In this document: positions 1-9,268 of the stretch, piece by piece
Position numbering within the stretch: position 1 is the first letter of the stretch
How the letters are laid out: each line of letters begins with the position of its first letter
NCBI GenBank assembly: GCA_001819435.1
Contig: MHMT01000003.1
Location: forward strand, 5,797-69,796
Reading direction: 5' to 3'
Origin: Candidatus Portnoybacteria bacterium RBG_13_40_8
GTDB taxonomy: Bacteria > Patescibacteriota > Minisyncoccia > RBG-13-40-8-A
DNA length: 64,000 nt
The notes under the pieces: model-generated
The model's database searches: none
Told to the model about the DNA's origin: nothing
What the model saw: only the letters and a program-made list of their open reading frames with translations
Translations under genes and position numbers: made by a program

Positions 1-342
1 GGCACGGAAGATGTGGCTAAAATCTATAATCAATCTAAAATTTTCGTAATGCCGTCTTTTAATGAAGGTGGGCCAAGGGTAGTTTTGGAGGCAATGGCGT
101 GCAAGGTGCCGATAATAACAACCAGAGTTGGAGCAATGATTGACATTATAAAAGACAAAGAAAACGGCATATTTATAAATTGGGACGCTGAAGATATTAC
201 GCAGAAAGCTTTAGTATTATTACAAGACGATGAATTAAGAAAAAAAATTGCCGAAAACGGCTATCAAACCGTTCAGCAATTTGAAAGAAGGAAAACCATT
301 AGAGATTACGCGGATAATTATCTTAAATTGGCAAATCGCTAG
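1..342 (+). CDS. GT4-family glycosyltransferase, C-terminal fragment (gene starts upstream of the window)
   Basis: Open frame from nt 1. Motif EGGPRVVLEAMACKVPIITT is the GT4 (E-x7-E) C-terminal core. Tail RKKIAENGY is shared with the GT at 12253-13371, so the two are paralogs. Confidence 0.6.
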   Translation, partial: GTEDVAKIYNQSKIFVMPSFNEGGPRVVLEAMACKVPIITTRVGAMIDIIKDKENGIFINWDAEDITQKALVLLQDDELRKKIAENGYQTVQQFERRKTIRDYADNYLKLANR

Positions 343-1067
343 ATAACTTTATTCTTTTCAAAAACACACACCAGGGCTTGTCCATAATTTTTAAGAACCG
401 GGATTTTACAGAAAAAATTGGTAATTTTATAAATTATATTATTAGTGAACCAAAACTTGGGGAACCCATAGAGATGCAGTGGCGGGAACAAAGTATTTGC
501 CCGTGACTTCAAGAGTTTGAATCCGCACCTTTCTACTAGGGCGATCCATTGTTTTGGAGAATGACTTTGATTGTGCGCATCGGGATTCCATTTATAACCT
601 TTTTCGTTTTTATTTTTTATCCATGGTTTAAAATGTTTAATCATCGAGGCAAGATTTCTGTATTTGTCATACATGGTTGAGAAGGTTATTAAAAATTTAC
701 CGTCACCCTTTAATAATCTATTTGCTTCAAGGCATAATTTTTCGGGATTTTGGACGTGTTCTATAACATCTATCGCTATTGCCTTATCAAAACTTTTGTC
801 GGGAAAGGGGATTTCTTCAATATTTGCACAAAGCGTTTCGTAATTATCAATATTATAAATTTTCATTATTTCTTTTGATTTTTCGAGCCTTTCCTTGCTG
901 ATGTCAACTCCAATCATTTTTTTATAATGTCCAGCATAAACAATGGCCTGTGGACCTTCTCCGCATCCAATATTTATAACTAAATCATTTTTATCAAAAG
1001 GAAACAAATCCAAATAAACCCTTCCAGAAATAATTTTACTTTTTAAAAACTTAAATTCATCTTCCAT
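339..1067 (-). CDS. class I SAM-dependent methyltransferase
   Basis: Motif I VINIGCGEGPQA and post-motif II DVIEHV are typical of Methyltransf_11/23 family. Confidence 0.65.
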   Translation of the reverse strand: MEDEFKFLKSKIISGRVYLDLFPFDKNDLVINIGCGEGPQAIVYAGHYKKMIGVDISKERLEKSKEIMKIYNIDNYETLCANIEEIPFPDKSFDKAIAIDVIEHVQNPEKLCLEANRLLKGDGKFLITFSTMYDKYRNLASMIKHFKPWIKNKNEKGYKWNPDAHNQSHSPKQWIALVERCGFKLLKSRANTLFPPLHLYGFPKFWFTNNIIYKITNFFCKIPVLKNYGQALVCVFEKNKVI

Positions 1068-1106
1068 AAATTTACAGTATAATCAATAGTAATAATAACA
1101 AAATCA

Positions 1107-2177
1107 ATGAAAATTTGCTACATTCTTCCCGAATATAATCAAAATACGGATTCGCATTTTTATCACCATTATGAACGCCTGGAAAAACTTTCCGATAGAT
1201 TGGATGTTTTTTTAATTGCCGAAAAAGGCAGCCATACAAAAGGAAAAATCTTAAACATGAAGCGATTTTATATTCAAAAATTTAAATTTCTACCCTTTAG
1301 ATTTTTGGAAAACTTTTTTATAATTTTGCGGGCCAGGATGCTTGGCTATAAGAAATTTTATACTCATATTTCCTATATTAGTGCTATTAATGCCGCGATT
1401 ATTTCCAGGTTATTTGGCGGGACATCTTATTATTGGAATTGTGCGATGAATTGGTTATTTAAACAAAGAACATTATCTGGTTGGGGATACAAATTGAGCA
1501 TGAAATTGTCCCATTATCTAGTAACCGGAAGCGAAGAAATGAAAAAGGGATACGCTGAACATTATAATTTGTCTTTGAATAAAATTAAGGTTTTGCCGAA
1601 TTGGATTAACCTTAATAGATTTAAAGTTAAAGAACAAATCCCGAAAGTTAAAAACACTTTATTGTTTGTTCATTGGTTGTCAAAAAGGAAAGGAGCAGAT
1701 ATGCTGGTCCCAATCATGAATAATTTAAAATTTAAAATTAAAAATTTAAAATTAATGGTCATCGGTGAGGGACCCTATAAAAACAAATTGATAGACGAGA
1801 TAAAAGACAATGGATTGGAAAAACAAATAAATGTGTTGGGAATGGTGCCCAATAAAGAAATAGCAGATTATTATAATCGAACCGATGTCTTAATCATGCC
1901 TTCAATGGAAGAAGGATTCCCTAGGGTTTTATTGGAAGCAATGGCCTCCGGTATTCCTTATGTTGCTTCTGACGTTGGTGCGGTAAGAGAAATATCTCCG
2001 GAGATCGCCCAAAGATTTTTGGTTAAGGCGGGGGATACGGAAATGTTTGCCCATAAGATAGAAAATCTGATTTTAGACGAAGAGTTGTACCTTAATTTTA
2101 GAAAAGACGGGCTCGAAAAAGTTAAAGAATTTTCTTTGGATAACGCAATTAACAAATTTATTGAATTTTTTGTATGA
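1107..2177 (+). CDS. GT4-family glycosyltransferase
   Basis: C-terminal EEGFPRVLLEAMASGIPYVASDVGA matches the GT4 retaining-GT signature. Stop overlaps the next start (ATGA). Confidence 0.7.
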   Translation: MKICYILPEYNQNTDSHFYHHYERLEKLSDRLDVFLIAEKGSHTKGKILNMKRFYIQKFKFLPFRFLENFFIILRARMLGYKKFYTHISYISAINAAIISRLFGGTSYYWNCAMNWLFKQRTLSGWGYKLSMKLSHYLVTGSEEMKKGYAEHYNLSLNKIKVLPNWINLNRFKVKEQIPKVKNTLLFVHWLSKRKGADMLVPIMNNLKFKIKNLKLMVIGEGPYKNKLIDEIKDNGLEKQINVLGMVPNKEIADYYNRTDVLIMPSMEEGFPRVLLEAMASGIPYVASDVGAVREISPEIAQRFLVKAGDTEMFAHKIENLILDEELYLNFRKDGLEKVKEFSLDNAINKFIEFFV

Positions 2178-3595
2178 AAATCATACTTACAACCTCGCCG
2201 AGAGCTGAAGGAGACGTAGAGAGAAAGGGTTTGCCCTTTTTAGGCATCGGCTATATTGCTGGTTATGTGGAAAAATTCAGTCATCATCAGATTGAGATTT
2301 TCGATGCCCATACTTACGGATTGAACGCTTCTCGGGCAGCAGAAAAAATATTAGAGAGAAAACCGGACGTGGTTGGGATTCACTCGATTACCGATAATAG
2401 ATTTAAAGCCATAGCCCTGGCAAAAGAACTAAAAAAAAGAAATAAAAATGTTATTGTATTGATGGGTGGTCCGCATTTTTCTCTGACCGCGAAAAATGCC
2501 CTAGAGATTGTTCCGGAAATAGATTTTATAATCAAAGGAGAAGGAGAAAAATCGGTTGTCCAATTTCTCAATATTTTGGAAAATAAAGGCGATATTTCCG
2601 AGGTTTCGGGATTGGCTTACAGAACAAAAAGCGGCGAAATTATGGAAAAGCCTTTAACCGATTTGATAATGAATCTCGATGAACTTCCAATGCCCGCCTG
2701 GCACCTGTTTGATTTAAAGGAATATAATAAGCCCATAGATGGTACAAATGTTCGTTCTATAGGCGTTTTAAGCGCCAGGGGATGTCCAAATGTGTGCGTT
2801 TACTGTGCTAATGCTAGATCAGTATTAAGATTAAGAAGCCCGAAAAATTTTGTTGACGAAGTTGAATATTTGTACAAGACATATGGCTATAAGGGTTTTG
2901 ATTTTTGGGATGATACTTTGACCATGGTTAACATTCATGTGGTTGAAATTTGTAAGAAAATTATAGAAAGAAAACTGGATATTGTCTGGTATGCCCGAGC
3001 CAGAGTAAATACGGTTGATAAAAAATTATTAGAGTTAATGAGAAAAGCTGGGTGCATCAGAATTAGTTTTGGCGTTGAGTCGGGAAGTCCGAGAATTTTA
3101 AAAATCATCAAGAAAAATATCACTATTGATCAGGTCAAAAATGCGGTTAGATGGTCCTCCGAAGCGGGCATGGCCGTGATGACTAATTTTATGGTCAACT
3201 TACCAGACGAAACACTTGATGATTTGAAACAGACAATCGACTTAATGAAATGGCTTAGACAAATTAAAAATTCTTATCCTGCCTACGGTTTTACGGTTAT
3301 TTATCCGGGCACAGAATTGGAATTAATGGCAAAAGAAAAAGGATTAATGCCCAAGGATTTTTCCTGGAACAGTCCCTATGAGTCTCCGAAATACAAGGTA
3401 ACCGGTACCGACCCTTCCTTATTTTATATGGAATGGCCGGGCGCCGAACTGGAAAAAATTAAAGCAATAATGACAAAAGAATTGGGAATCAGGGGCAACA
3501 TAATGAAAAAAGGATTTAATAAATTGATAAAAATAAGGTCTATCAGAGAATTAAAAGAATTACTCAGAGCGGGAGTAAATTATTTTAAAAAATGA
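2174..3595 (+). CDS. B12-binding-domain radical SAM enzyme (class B rSAM)
   Basis: N-terminal Rossmann-like B12-binding region (VVGIHSITDN...VLMGGPHFS). Radical-SAM cysteine triad GCPNVCVYC. Also FGVESGS motif. Confidence 0.75.
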   Translation: MKIILTTSPRAEGDVERKGLPFLGIGYIAGYVEKFSHHQIEIFDAHTYGLNASRAAEKILERKPDVVGIHSITDNRFKAIALAKELKKRNKNVIVLMGGPHFSLTAKNALEIVPEIDFIIKGEGEKSVVQFLNILENKGDISEVSGLAYRTKSGEIMEKPLTDLIMNLDELPMPAWHLFDLKEYNKPIDGTNVRSIGVLSARGCPNVCVYCANARSVLRLRSPKNFVDEVEYLYKTYGYKGFDFWDDTLTMVNIHVVEICKKIIERKLDIVWYARARVNTVDKKLLELMRKAGCIRISFGVESGSPRILKIIKKNITIDQVKNAVRWSSEAGMAVMTNFMVNLPDETLDDLKQTIDLMKWLRQIKNSYPAYGFTVIYPGTELELMAKEKGLMPKDFSWNSPYESPKYKVTGTDPSLFYMEWPGAELEKIKAIMTKELGIRGNIMKKGFNKLIKIRSIRELKELLRAGVNYFKK

Positions 3596-4728
3596 AAATT
3601 ATTTATATTGCCAATATTCGAATACCGACTGAAATGGCTCACGGTCTTCAGGTGATGAAAATGTGCGAAGCTTTTTCAAAACATGATAACAAACTGGAAT
3701 TGGTCGTTCCTTGGCGTTTTGGAATTTCCGATTTAATCAAAAAAGACCCATTCGAATATTACCAAGTTGATAAAAATTTTAAAATTAAGAGAATTTTTTG
3801 TTTTGACTTAACCCCGCTGAATAGGTTTTTGGGTCCGATTTCGTTTTTAATTCAGGCTATTTCTTTTGCCTTTTTTGCATCCATCTATTTACTGTTTAAA
3901 AAGTCGGATATTATTTATTCTCGCGACAGATTCAGTTTGTTTTTCATAGCTTTTTTAAAACAAAACATTGTTTCGGAGGTTCATCAACTGCATAGAACTT
4001 TATTCACCTTTTTGTTGAAGAGAGTAAAGAAAATTATTGTTATTACTCAGGGCCTAAAACAATCACTAATAAACAAGGGGATTGGAGAGGAAAAAATTTT
4101 AGTGGCGCCAGACGGGATAGAATTAAAAGATTTCGAGATTAATACCAGCAAAGAAGAATGTAGAAAAAATTTAGGCTTGCCCCGAAACAAAAAAATAATT
4201 CTTTATACTGGCCATCTTTATAAGTGGAAGGGAGTTGAAACCCTGGCTTTGTCTTCTAAATTTTTAGACCCTAGCGCATTGATAGTTATTGTTGGGGGGA
4301 TAAAGTGGTATTTGTCCAGTTTTAAGAAATTTGTTAAAAAAAATAATCTGGAAAAATTACTCGTTTTGGGCCACAAGGAGTATAGTCAAATTCCGTTTTA
4401 TTTAAAAGCGGCTGATTGTTTGATTTTGACCGGAACCCAAAATTACGAGACGTCAAAGAGTTACACTTCACCAATGAAAATGTTTGAATATATGGCCTCT
4501 AATCGGCCGATTGTTGCTTCGGAACTACCGTCATTTAAAGAAATTTTAAATGAGAATAACTGTATTTTTGTTGAACCAGATAATCTCGAATCAATGGCCA
4601 TCGGTATCCAAAAAGCATTGAATGATTCTGTTTTATCCGAAAGCATTTCCAATCAAGCATATCAAGATGTCCAAAAATATAGTTGGAATGATCGTGCGAA
4701 AGCAATTTTAGAATTCATTAAGACTTAA
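3592..4728 (+). CDS. GT4-family glycosyltransferase
   Basis: Translationally coupled to the upstream gene. C-terminal FEYMASNRPIVASELPSFKEIL is a GT4-like nucleotide-sugar binding region. Confidence 0.6.
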   Translation: MKIIYIANIRIPTEMAHGLQVMKMCEAFSKHDNKLELVVPWRFGISDLIKKDPFEYYQVDKNFKIKRIFCFDLTPLNRFLGPISFLIQAISFAFFASIYLLFKKSDIIYSRDRFSLFFIAFLKQNIVSEVHQLHRTLFTFLLKRVKKIIVITQGLKQSLINKGIGEEKILVAPDGIELKDFEINTSKEECRKNLGLPRNKKIILYTGHLYKWKGVETLALSSKFLDPSALIVIVGGIKWYLSSFKKFVKKNNLEKLLVLGHKEYSQIPFYLKAADCLILTGTQNYETSKSYTSPMKMFEYMASNRPIVASELPSFKEILNENNCIFVEPDNLESMAIGIQKALNDSVLSESISNQAYQDVQKYSWNDRAKAILEFIKT

Positions 4729-4782
4729 GGCATCGGGATTTGGTTAGAAATTAGAATTTAGAAATTAGAAATTTTATATATT

Positions 4783-6582
4783 ATGTGTGGAATAAATGGA
4801 TTTTCCGCCCTGGGCGGATCGGCCTCGGGCCGAAATAAAGAATTGATTGAAAGAATGAATAAAAAAATCCAGCATCGGGGGCCGGATGATGAAGGGTTTT
4901 ATTTAGATAATTATATTTCGTTGGGACATCGACGACTTTCAATTATTGATTTATCCGAAAAGGGACGACAACCGATGTTCAATGAAGACAAATCGCTCGT
5001 CCTGATTTTTAATGGTGAGATTTACAATTTTCAGGAGTTACGCAAGGAATTGGAAAATAAAGGTCATAAATTTTGTTCTAAAAGTGACAGCGAAGTTATT
5101 CTTCATCTTTATGAAGAACACAAAGAGGATTGCCCAAAATTTTTAAATGGAATATTTGCTTTTGCGGTCTGGGATAAGCGGAAAAAGGAACTGTTTTTGG
5201 CACGAGACAGAATCGGTGTTAAGCCCCTATATTATTATTTCAAAGATAATAAATTCATCTTTTCGTCTGAAATTAAGGCTATTTTAGAGCACGACATTAA
5301 GCGAGAAATTGACCTAGAAGCATTTAATCATTATTTTAGACTAATGTACGTCCCGGCGCCGTTAACGATGTTTAAAGGCATTTATAAGCTCCCACAGGCA
5401 CATTATTTGAGGTTGCGGGGCGAACAGATAGAAATCAATAGATATTGGAATATTCAAGATTTCAAGGAAATAAACTCTAAACAAGAAATTATTGACAAAA
5501 TTCAAGATTTAATGAGAAAATCAGTCCAAGGTCAGCTTTTGTCAGATAGGCCGGTTGGAGTGTTTTTGAGCGGTGGCATTGATTCAACTTCTGTTTTGGG
5601 AATTGTTAAAGAATTGACGCAAGGTAAAATTAAAACATTCTCGGTGGGTTTTGACATAGAAGATCCTAATAATAAATTCAATGCTGATCTAAAAATAGCC
5701 CGAGAAACAAGCAAATTTTACAATACCGAACATCATGAGCTTATAATTAAAAGTGAAGATATTTTAAATAATTTGGAAAAAGTAATTTATTATTTGGATG
5801 AACCGATTGCCGAGCCCACGCAAACTGCGACCTTTTTGCTTTCGGAAATGGCAAAAAAAGAAGTAGCGGTAGTTTTGGGCGGAGACGGGGGAGATGAATT
5901 ATTCGGCGGATATAAAAGATATTATTATAGTTATTTTTTAGATAAGTATAAATTTATAAGATTTTTTCCATTTTTAAAAACAAAAGTTTATTTTAAATTT
6001 ATGTCGCAAAAAGAGAAAGAAGTCGGTAAGATTTTAAATAAGGGCATAAACAACAAAAAAATAACTCAGCAATATTTTAAAAGAAACTATTTCAAAAATA
6101 GTAAATCAAAATATACAAATCAGTTTATGTTAACAGATTTAAAAACCTGGCTTGCGGACGAATCATTAATGCGTTCTGATAAAATGGCGATGGCTAATGG
6201 TTTAGAGGAGCGAGTTCCTATTTTAGACCATCAATTAGTAGAATTATCCGTAAAAATACCCAGCAGGTATAAAATGTTGAACAAGGATCAGGGCAAGGCG
6301 ATTTTTATTGAGGCAATGAAAAAATATTTGCCAGAACACGTACTGAGATCAGAGAGAAAAAAGGTTTGGATGACTCCAGCCTCGCAATGGTTAAGGGGGA
6401 ATCTAAATCAAAAAGCAAGGGAAATTCTATCTTCGGATTATTTCCTGGAAAATAAAAAATATTTTAATTTCGACGGCGTTCAAAAAATGTTTAATGATCA
6501 TATTGAAAAAAGAAAATATAACCTTAATTTGATTTGGGCTCTAATTACTTTTCAAATCTGGTCCAAAAATACTCACAGATGA
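4783..6582 (+). CDS. asparagine synthase (glutamine-hydrolysing) family amidotransferase
   Basis: N-terminal MCGI nucleophile (Ntn-GATase class II) and the SGGIDS PP-loop. In glycan loci this family amidates uronic acids (WbpS-like). Confidence 0.8.
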   Translation: MCGINGFSALGGSASGRNKELIERMNKKIQHRGPDDEGFYLDNYISLGHRRLSIIDLSEKGRQPMFNEDKSLVLIFNGEIYNFQELRKELENKGHKFCSKSDSEVILHLYEEHKEDCPKFLNGIFAFAVWDKRKKELFLARDRIGVKPLYYYFKDNKFIFSSEIKAILEHDIKREIDLEAFNHYFRLMYVPAPLTMFKGIYKLPQAHYLRLRGEQIEINRYWNIQDFKEINSKQEIIDKIQDLMRKSVQGQLLSDRPVGVFLSGGIDSTSVLGIVKELTQGKIKTFSVGFDIEDPNNKFNADLKIARETSKFYNTEHHELIIKSEDILNNLEKVIYYLDEPIAEPTQTATFLLSEMAKKEVAVVLGGDGGDELFGGYKRYYYSYFLDKYKFIRFFPFLKTKVYFKFMSQKEKEVGKILNKGINNKKITQQYFKRNYFKNSKSKYTNQFMLTDLKTWLADESLMRSDKMAMANGLEERVPILDHQLVELSVKIPSRYKMLNKDQGKAIFIEAMKKYLPEHVLRSERKKVWMTPASQWLRGNLNQKAREILSSDYFLENKKYFNFDGVQKMFNDHIEKRKYNLNLIWALITFQIWSKNTHR

Positions 6583-7250
6583 AAATACTTCCTAAAATTT
6601 TAGAAAAAACAGGATTAGATTCCAAGATTACCAGACGACATCTGGATGATTTTATTAAAAATCACCGAAGTAACGGTCTAACCCTGGATATTGGTTGTGG
6701 AAATTCTCCTTATGCCGATTATTTTCCAAATAGAATTGGATTAGACACGGCAAAGAGAGAAAAAGTTGATATTGTGGCCAGTGTTTATAAACTGCCCTTT
6801 CCTGATGAAAAATTTGATAATATTTTATGCACAGAAGTTTTAGAGCACTTACATTCTCCCAGGGAAGCTATCGAAGAAATGGCGCGGGTTTTAAAAAAGG
6901 GAGGAATTTTAATATTATCCACCAGGTTTTTATTTCCTCTTCACGATATTCCGGATGATTATTATAGATTTACCAAATACGGCTTGAGATACCTATTCAG
7001 AAATTGGGAAATTTTGGAGTTGAAGGAAGAAGCGAAAACATTAGAAACTATTGCCGTTTTGACGCAAAGGATCGGTTATCAATGCAGAGGCCCAATTTTA
7101 AAGCCATTAAAACTATTAATATTCGGTATAGCAAAAATCATTCCATTATTTTCTTTTTTGATTAAAAAGGAGTATGGAGATATAAGTAAAACAAAATTAG
7201 AGAAAAATATAATGACCTCTGGTTATTATTTAGTCGCTAAAAAGAAATGA
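6579..7250 (+). CDS. class I SAM-dependent methyltransferase
   Basis: Motif LDIGCGNSPY plus EVLEHL. Start chosen at the ATGA overlap with the asnB-like stop (MKILPK...). Confidence 0.65.
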   Translation: MKILPKILEKTGLDSKITRRHLDDFIKNHRSNGLTLDIGCGNSPYADYFPNRIGLDTAKREKVDIVASVYKLPFPDEKFDNILCTEVLEHLHSPREAIEEMARVLKKGGILILSTRFLFPLHDIPDDYYRFTKYGLRYLFRNWEILELKEEAKTLETIAVLTQRIGYQCRGPILKPLKLLIFGIAKIIPLFSFLIKKEYGDISKTKLEKNIMTSGYYLVAKKK

Positions 7251-7300
7251 AGAAGGAAAATAAAAAAAATTGCTATTTCGGTTTCTATGAATAACGGTTT
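7137..7300 (+). repeat. copy A of a duplicated gene-junction segment (MT 3' end + GT 5' start)
   Basis: About 105 bp near-identical to 9023-9127, then decaying similarity for ~60 bp more. Confidence 0.8.
7247..7294 (+). pseudogene. 15-codon remnant of a glycosyltransferase N-terminus (MKKENKKNCYFGFYE*)
   Basis: ATGA overlap with the methyltransferase stop. CYFGFYE matches the N-terminus (CYFGFYEPDF) of the intact GT at 12253. Confidence 0.5.
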
Positions 7301-7325
7301 GGGCTTGGTTCGTAGTTTTAAAATA

Positions 7326-7352
7326 AAAAGACAGCAATTACTGTCTTTTTAT
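7326..7352. terminator. bidirectional intrinsic terminator
   Basis: AAGACAG-caatta-CTGTCTT hairpin flanked by an A-run and a T-run, between convergent genes. Confidence 0.65.
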
Positions 7353-7387
7353 TGTTTGTCAGCGCTGAGCTTGATTATTGTTTTTTC

Positions 7388-8908
7388 TTAAGAAAATTTG
7401 AGAACCTTGTTTTTTAGGAATAAACGGAATCGATTCAGCTTTATTAATAGACGGAGTAAAAATCGACTAAAAATATTTTCCTCATAGCAGACCTGAAATA
7501 GTGGATAAAGTATTTCGGAGTAATGTAAGTAAAAATAGCTCATTTTCCTAATGCCATTCAATTCTTTTTGACTTATTTGAGGCATTTTTAAAATCGTTTT
7601 TGACATATCACTTCGCGCAGGTTTGATTTCTTCTTCAGATGCATAACCTTCTTTGACGGCCGTATCTCCCAATGGCGTGCCTCGATAAGGGAAAAACATT
7701 GAGATATTGGCAAGAGAAGGCCTTGCCTTTTTTAAGAGACGGAAGGTATCAAAAATCATCTCTTTCGTTTCGTAGGGCATCCCCATCATGTTAAGTGCTG
7801 CGACTCTGATTCCTTCTTCTTTCAGGATTCTTACCTTTTCGATATAGGTCTCGTCTGTATAGTCCCTTTTGAGTATGTTTTTCCTGAACTCGTAATTTCC
7901 CGATTCGAGAGCCATCGAGATGCTTGCACAGTTCATTTTCTTTAATAATTTAGCCTTTTCTCTAGTCACAGTATGGGGATGAGCATGGGAAGTAAATGGC
8001 ACATTTACTTCTTTTTGGTAAAGTTCTGACAGTCGGGCAAAATCATCAACATTTCTTAGGAGCATGTCTTCAGAAAATATCTTAAAAAATTTCAGGTCAT
8101 AGGTCTTTGTTAGAAATTTCATCTCTTCGACAAATCTTTCGGGAGAGAAAAATCTAACCCTTCCTATGGGGTATAGTTCATTAAGCACCGAGTTTGCGCA
8201 GTAAGGACATCGCCGTGGACACCCTCTGATATCTTGGACATCGCCACTTTTAATAATTTTTCCTTCAAAGGGTCGTAAAAACTGCCTTGGATCATAGATG
8301 GAATAGTCTAAAAATGGCAGTTTATTGATATCTTTTAGCGGTCTTACGGGGTTCTTGTGTACAATGTCATTCTTTTTTATCCATAAATTTTGGATGTCCG
8401 TTCGCGTGATATTACTACCTGAGATGGCATCGACAAATTCTAGGATTGCTTCTTCACCTTCGCCAACACAGAGTGCGTCAATACAATCTTCCGCAATTAC
8501 CTCATCTGGTAAAGTCGTTGCATGAATTCCCCCCATGATAATGGGAATGTCGTAATTATCCTTGGCAATCTTGAGAAAGTCGATAGTGTGAGAATACATG
8601 TCTGACATGCAGCTTGCAGCAATAAGATCTGGGCGCTCTTTTTTAATCAGGTTCAGAAAGACTGATTTGGCATTGATGCTTTTATCTCTCACAAGGTTGT
8701 ATTTTCCCCAATCAACCTTTTTATACTGCATGACCGAATCCGAGACTTCACCGTCTAGGGGAAAGCCGAGGTCCATGAATGTGGTGTCAAAATAGACCAC
8801 TTCGTGACCTTTCGACTTAAGGATAGCCGACAATAATGAGGTGGCAAGGGGCTTGGCACCTGCCGATGACCCCCCAATCGATGTGAGTAATACTTTTTTC
8901 ATAATCAT
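7388..8908 (-). CDS. B12-binding-domain radical SAM enzyme
   Basis: CPRRCPYC radical-SAM motif with an N-terminal B12-binding-like domain. Close paralog of the enzyme at 32822-34399. Confidence 0.75.
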   Translation of the reverse strand: MIMKKVLLTSIGGSSAGAKPLATSLLSAILKSKGHEVVYFDTTFMDLGFPLDGEVSDSVMQYKKVDWGKYNLVRDKSINAKSVFLNLIKKERPDLIAASCMSDMYSHTIDFLKIAKDNYDIPIIMGGIHATTLPDEVIAEDCIDALCVGEGEEAILEFVDAISGSNITRTDIQNLWIKKNDIVHKNPVRPLKDINKLPFLDYSIYDPRQFLRPFEGKIIKSGDVQDIRGCPRRCPYCANSVLNELYPIGRVRFFSPERFVEEMKFLTKTYDLKFFKIFSEDMLLRNVDDFARLSELYQKEVNVPFTSHAHPHTVTREKAKLLKKMNCASISMALESGNYEFRKNILKRDYTDETYIEKVRILKEEGIRVAALNMMGMPYETKEMIFDTFRLLKKARPSLANISMFFPYRGTPLGDTAVKEGYASEEEIKPARSDMSKTILKMPQISQKELNGIRKMSYFYLHYSEILYPLFQVCYEENIFSRFLLRLLIKLNRFRLFLKNKVLKFS

Positions 8909-9004
8909 AGATTAACAATTTATATTCAAAGGGTCAATATAATTGAAGCTTAAAAAGATAAAGGGTATAATAATTATTGAGTTTCAGAAGAAAGAAAAAA
9001 TAAC

Positions 9005-9136
9005 ATGAAAAAGCTATCTATTATCATTCCATTATTTTCTTTTTTGATTAAAAAGGAGTATGGAGATATAAATAAAACAAAATTAGAGAAAAATATAATG
9101 ACCTCAGTTTACTATTTAGTCGCTAAAAAGAGATGA
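9005..9136 (+). pseudogene. 43-codon remnant of a methyltransferase C-terminus
   Basis: IIPLFSFLIKKEYGDINKTKLEKNIMTSVYYLVAKKR is ~90% identical to the C-terminus of the methyltransferase at 6579-7250. Lies within the duplicated segment. Confidence 0.55.
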
Positions 9137-9205
9137 ATAAAAGCAAGGAAAATAAAAAAAATCAAAATCTGTTATTTTGGTTTCTACGAACCCGGGTTCT
9201 CTAGA
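9023..9205 (+). repeat. copy B of the duplicated gene-junction segment
   Basis: Direct repeat of 7137-7300. Together the two copies bracket the minus-strand radical-SAM gene at 7388-8908. Confidence 0.8.
9133..9204 (+). pseudogene. frameshifted remnant of a glycosyltransferase N-terminus
   Basis: ATGA overlap with the methyltransferase remnant. An alternate frame encodes KICYFGFYEPGFSRNEVYIKGLRENG, homologous to the N-terminus of the GT at 12253. Confidence 0.5.
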
Positions 9206-9268
9206 AACGAAGTATACATTAAGGGCTTGAGAGAAAATGGATAGGAAATATATAAAATAAATTTTTAT

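Noticed and set aside
490-560. tRNA-like T-arm-ish string (GAGTTTGAATCCGCACC)
   Set aside because: Lies inside the minus-strand methyltransferase CDS. No complementary acceptor or anticodon stems can be built. Not a tRNA.
1958-2155. Small antisense ORFs from the six-frame track nested in annotated genes (e.g. 1958-2155, 2380-2571, 10018-10329, 16285-16687, 27331-27786, 36091-36551, 49753-50047, 52652-52975)
   Set aside because: All lie antisense or out-of-frame inside well-supported CDSs, have low-complexity composition and no start-context or motif support. Treated as spurious.
9188-9202. GAACCCGGGTT 11-mer also present at ~15797
   Set aside because: One copy is inside the frameshifted GT remnant (coding EPGF), the other in an unrelated gene boundary. 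Too short to infer a mobile-element end or site.
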